Made by a program: the position numbers and the translations under genes. From contig JBFMEX010000044.1 in the NCBI GenBank assembly GCA_040752215.1, forward strand, positions 1-36,420: 36,420 nucleotides of DNA, in the 5' to 3' direction. The stretch is from Pseudomonadota bacterium (GTDB lineage: Bacteria > Pseudomonadota > Alphaproteobacteria > Rhizobiales > Hyphomicrobiaceae). A model generated the notes under the pieces. It was not told the DNA's origin. It searched no databases and saw nothing but the letters and a program-made list of their open reading frames with translations. This document shows positions 35,704-36,420 of the stretch, one piece after another; position 1 is the first letter of the stretch, and every line of letters starts with the position of its first letter.

Positions 35704-36420
35704 TCGAGCCGTTCCTGGTGCGCGCCCTGCTGGCGGCGATCGGACTCGGCCTCGTGGCTGCGCCGCTCGGCTGCGTGATCGTGTGGAACCGCATGGCCTA
35801 TCTCGGCGAGACGGTGGCGCAGGCGAGTTTGATCGGCGTGGCCATCGGACTGGCGCTCGAGGTCGACCCGACGCTCTCTGTGGTGCTGGTGGCGCTCGCC
35901 GCGGCGACGCTGATCCTGGCGCTCGGCCGCCAGCAGGTGCTGCCGATCGATTCCGTCCTCGGCCTCATGCACCACGGCGCCCTGGCCGCGGGTGTCATCG
36001 CCACCGCGCTGCTGGCCGGGCCGTCGGTCGACCTGATGGGCTACCTGTTCGGCGACATCTTCGCGGTGTCGAGCCGCGATCTGGTGCTCGTCTATGGCGG
36101 CGGCCTCGCGGTGCTGGTGGCCGTTTCGATATTGTGGCCGTCGCTGGTGCGCATCGCCGTGCACGAGGAGCTGGCCGCCGCCGAGGGGGTGCCGACGGAG
36201 ATGGTGCGGGCCGCGTTCCTGCTGCTGCTCGCGGCCACCATCGCGGTCGCCATCAAGATCGTCGGCGTGCTGCTGGTGATCGCGTTCCTGATCGTGCCCG
36301 CCGTCGCCGCCCGGCCACTGGCGGCGACTCCGGAGCGCATGGCGGTAATGGCGGCGCTGGTGGCGGTGGCCGGCTCTGCCCTCGGGCTCGGCCTGTCCTG
36401 GCATCTCGATGCGCCCGGCG
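35700..36420 (+). CDS. znuB: zinc ABC transporter permease, 3'-partial (runs off window end)
   Basis: The ATG at 35700 overlaps the znuC stop (ATGA) and has a GGAGAGGA RBS. A hydrophobic ZnuB-like sequence (MIEPFLVRALLAAIGLGLVAAPLGCVIVWNRMAYLGE) stays open to the window end. Confidence 0.8.
   Translation, partial: MIEPFLVRALLAAIGLGLVAAPLGCVIVWNRMAYLGETVAQASLIGVAIGLALEVDPTLSVVLVALAAATLILALGRQQVLPIDSVLGLMHHGALAAGVIATALLAGPSVDLMGYLFGDIFAVSSRDLVLVYGGGLAVLVAVSILWPSLVRIAVHEELAAAEGVPTEMVRAAFLLLLAATIAVAIKIVGVLLVIAFLIVPAVAARPLAATPERMAVMAALVAVAGSALGLGLSWHLDAPG

Noticed and set aside
35622-36404. ORF 35622..36404 (-, 260 aa)
   Set aside because: This is antisense to the hydrophobic znuB permease frame, and the translation is His/Arg/Asp/Gln low-complexity.
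1-36420. CRISPR arrays, prophage, IS elements, rRNA
   Set aside because: I saw no direct-repeat/spacer periodicity, no transposase or phage-structural motifs, and no rRNA-like conserved stretches.

Overview
This window is a very GC-rich, densely coding chromosomal segment. Its gene content and the repeat motif at 8.6-8.8 kb suggest an alphaproteobacterium of the Bradyrhizobiaceae type. Most long ORFs in the six-frame track are antisense or out-of-frame artefacts of the high GC content. I accepted only ORFs that carry recognisable catalytic or binding motifs. The supported genes, in order, are listed below.

- **1-3.7 kb:** a partial unknown protein, a PstS-like/OmpA fusion lipoprotein-like protein, and an orphan TctC (Bug) binding protein.
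- **3.9-5.6 kb:** a GMC oxidoreductase.
- **5.85 kb:** a tRNA-like element (Thr-UGU-like) whose acceptor stem does not pair.
- **6.3-9.5 kb:** a cytoplasmic SPFH protein, a patatin-like phospholipase, two REP-like palindromic repeats, and a ChaC-like gamma-glutamylcyclotransferase.
- **9.6-13.8 kb:** tyrC-hisC (overlapping) on one strand and metX-metW (overlapping) on the other, with a terminator-like leader hairpin upstream of metX.
- **13.9-19.5 kb:** a SAM methyltransferase, then a tightly packed five-gene unit of TAXI-TRAP binding protein, fused TRAP permease, DUF1850, gloB and a cupin.
- **19.8-21.6 kb:** a NYN (LabA-like) nuclease-domain protein with two long Pro/Ala-rich tracts.
- **21.7-24.6 kb:** the phaR / phaA-phaB polyhydroxybutyrate cluster.
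- **24.7-27.2 kb:** a PAS / degenerate-GGDEF / EAL protein and a macro-domain protein.
- **27.5-32.6 kb:** a minus-strand periplasmic redox cluster of an orphan TAXI-like binding protein, a multidomain cytochrome c/Sel1-like protein, an FccB-like flavoprotein (Tat signal) and a cytochrome c2-like protein.
- **32.9-36.4 kb:** a thiolase-like protein lacking three of four catalytic residues, then zur-znuC-znuB (znuB partial); ZnuC carries a His/Cys-rich N-terminal extension.

I saw no integrase, transposase, CRISPR array or obvious phage genes. The most unusual parts are the 27.5-32.6 kb cytochrome/flavoprotein/TAXI cluster, the degenerate thiolase, the broken tRNA-like element and the NYN protein. 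All coordinates are hand-indexed and may be off by about 1 nt.
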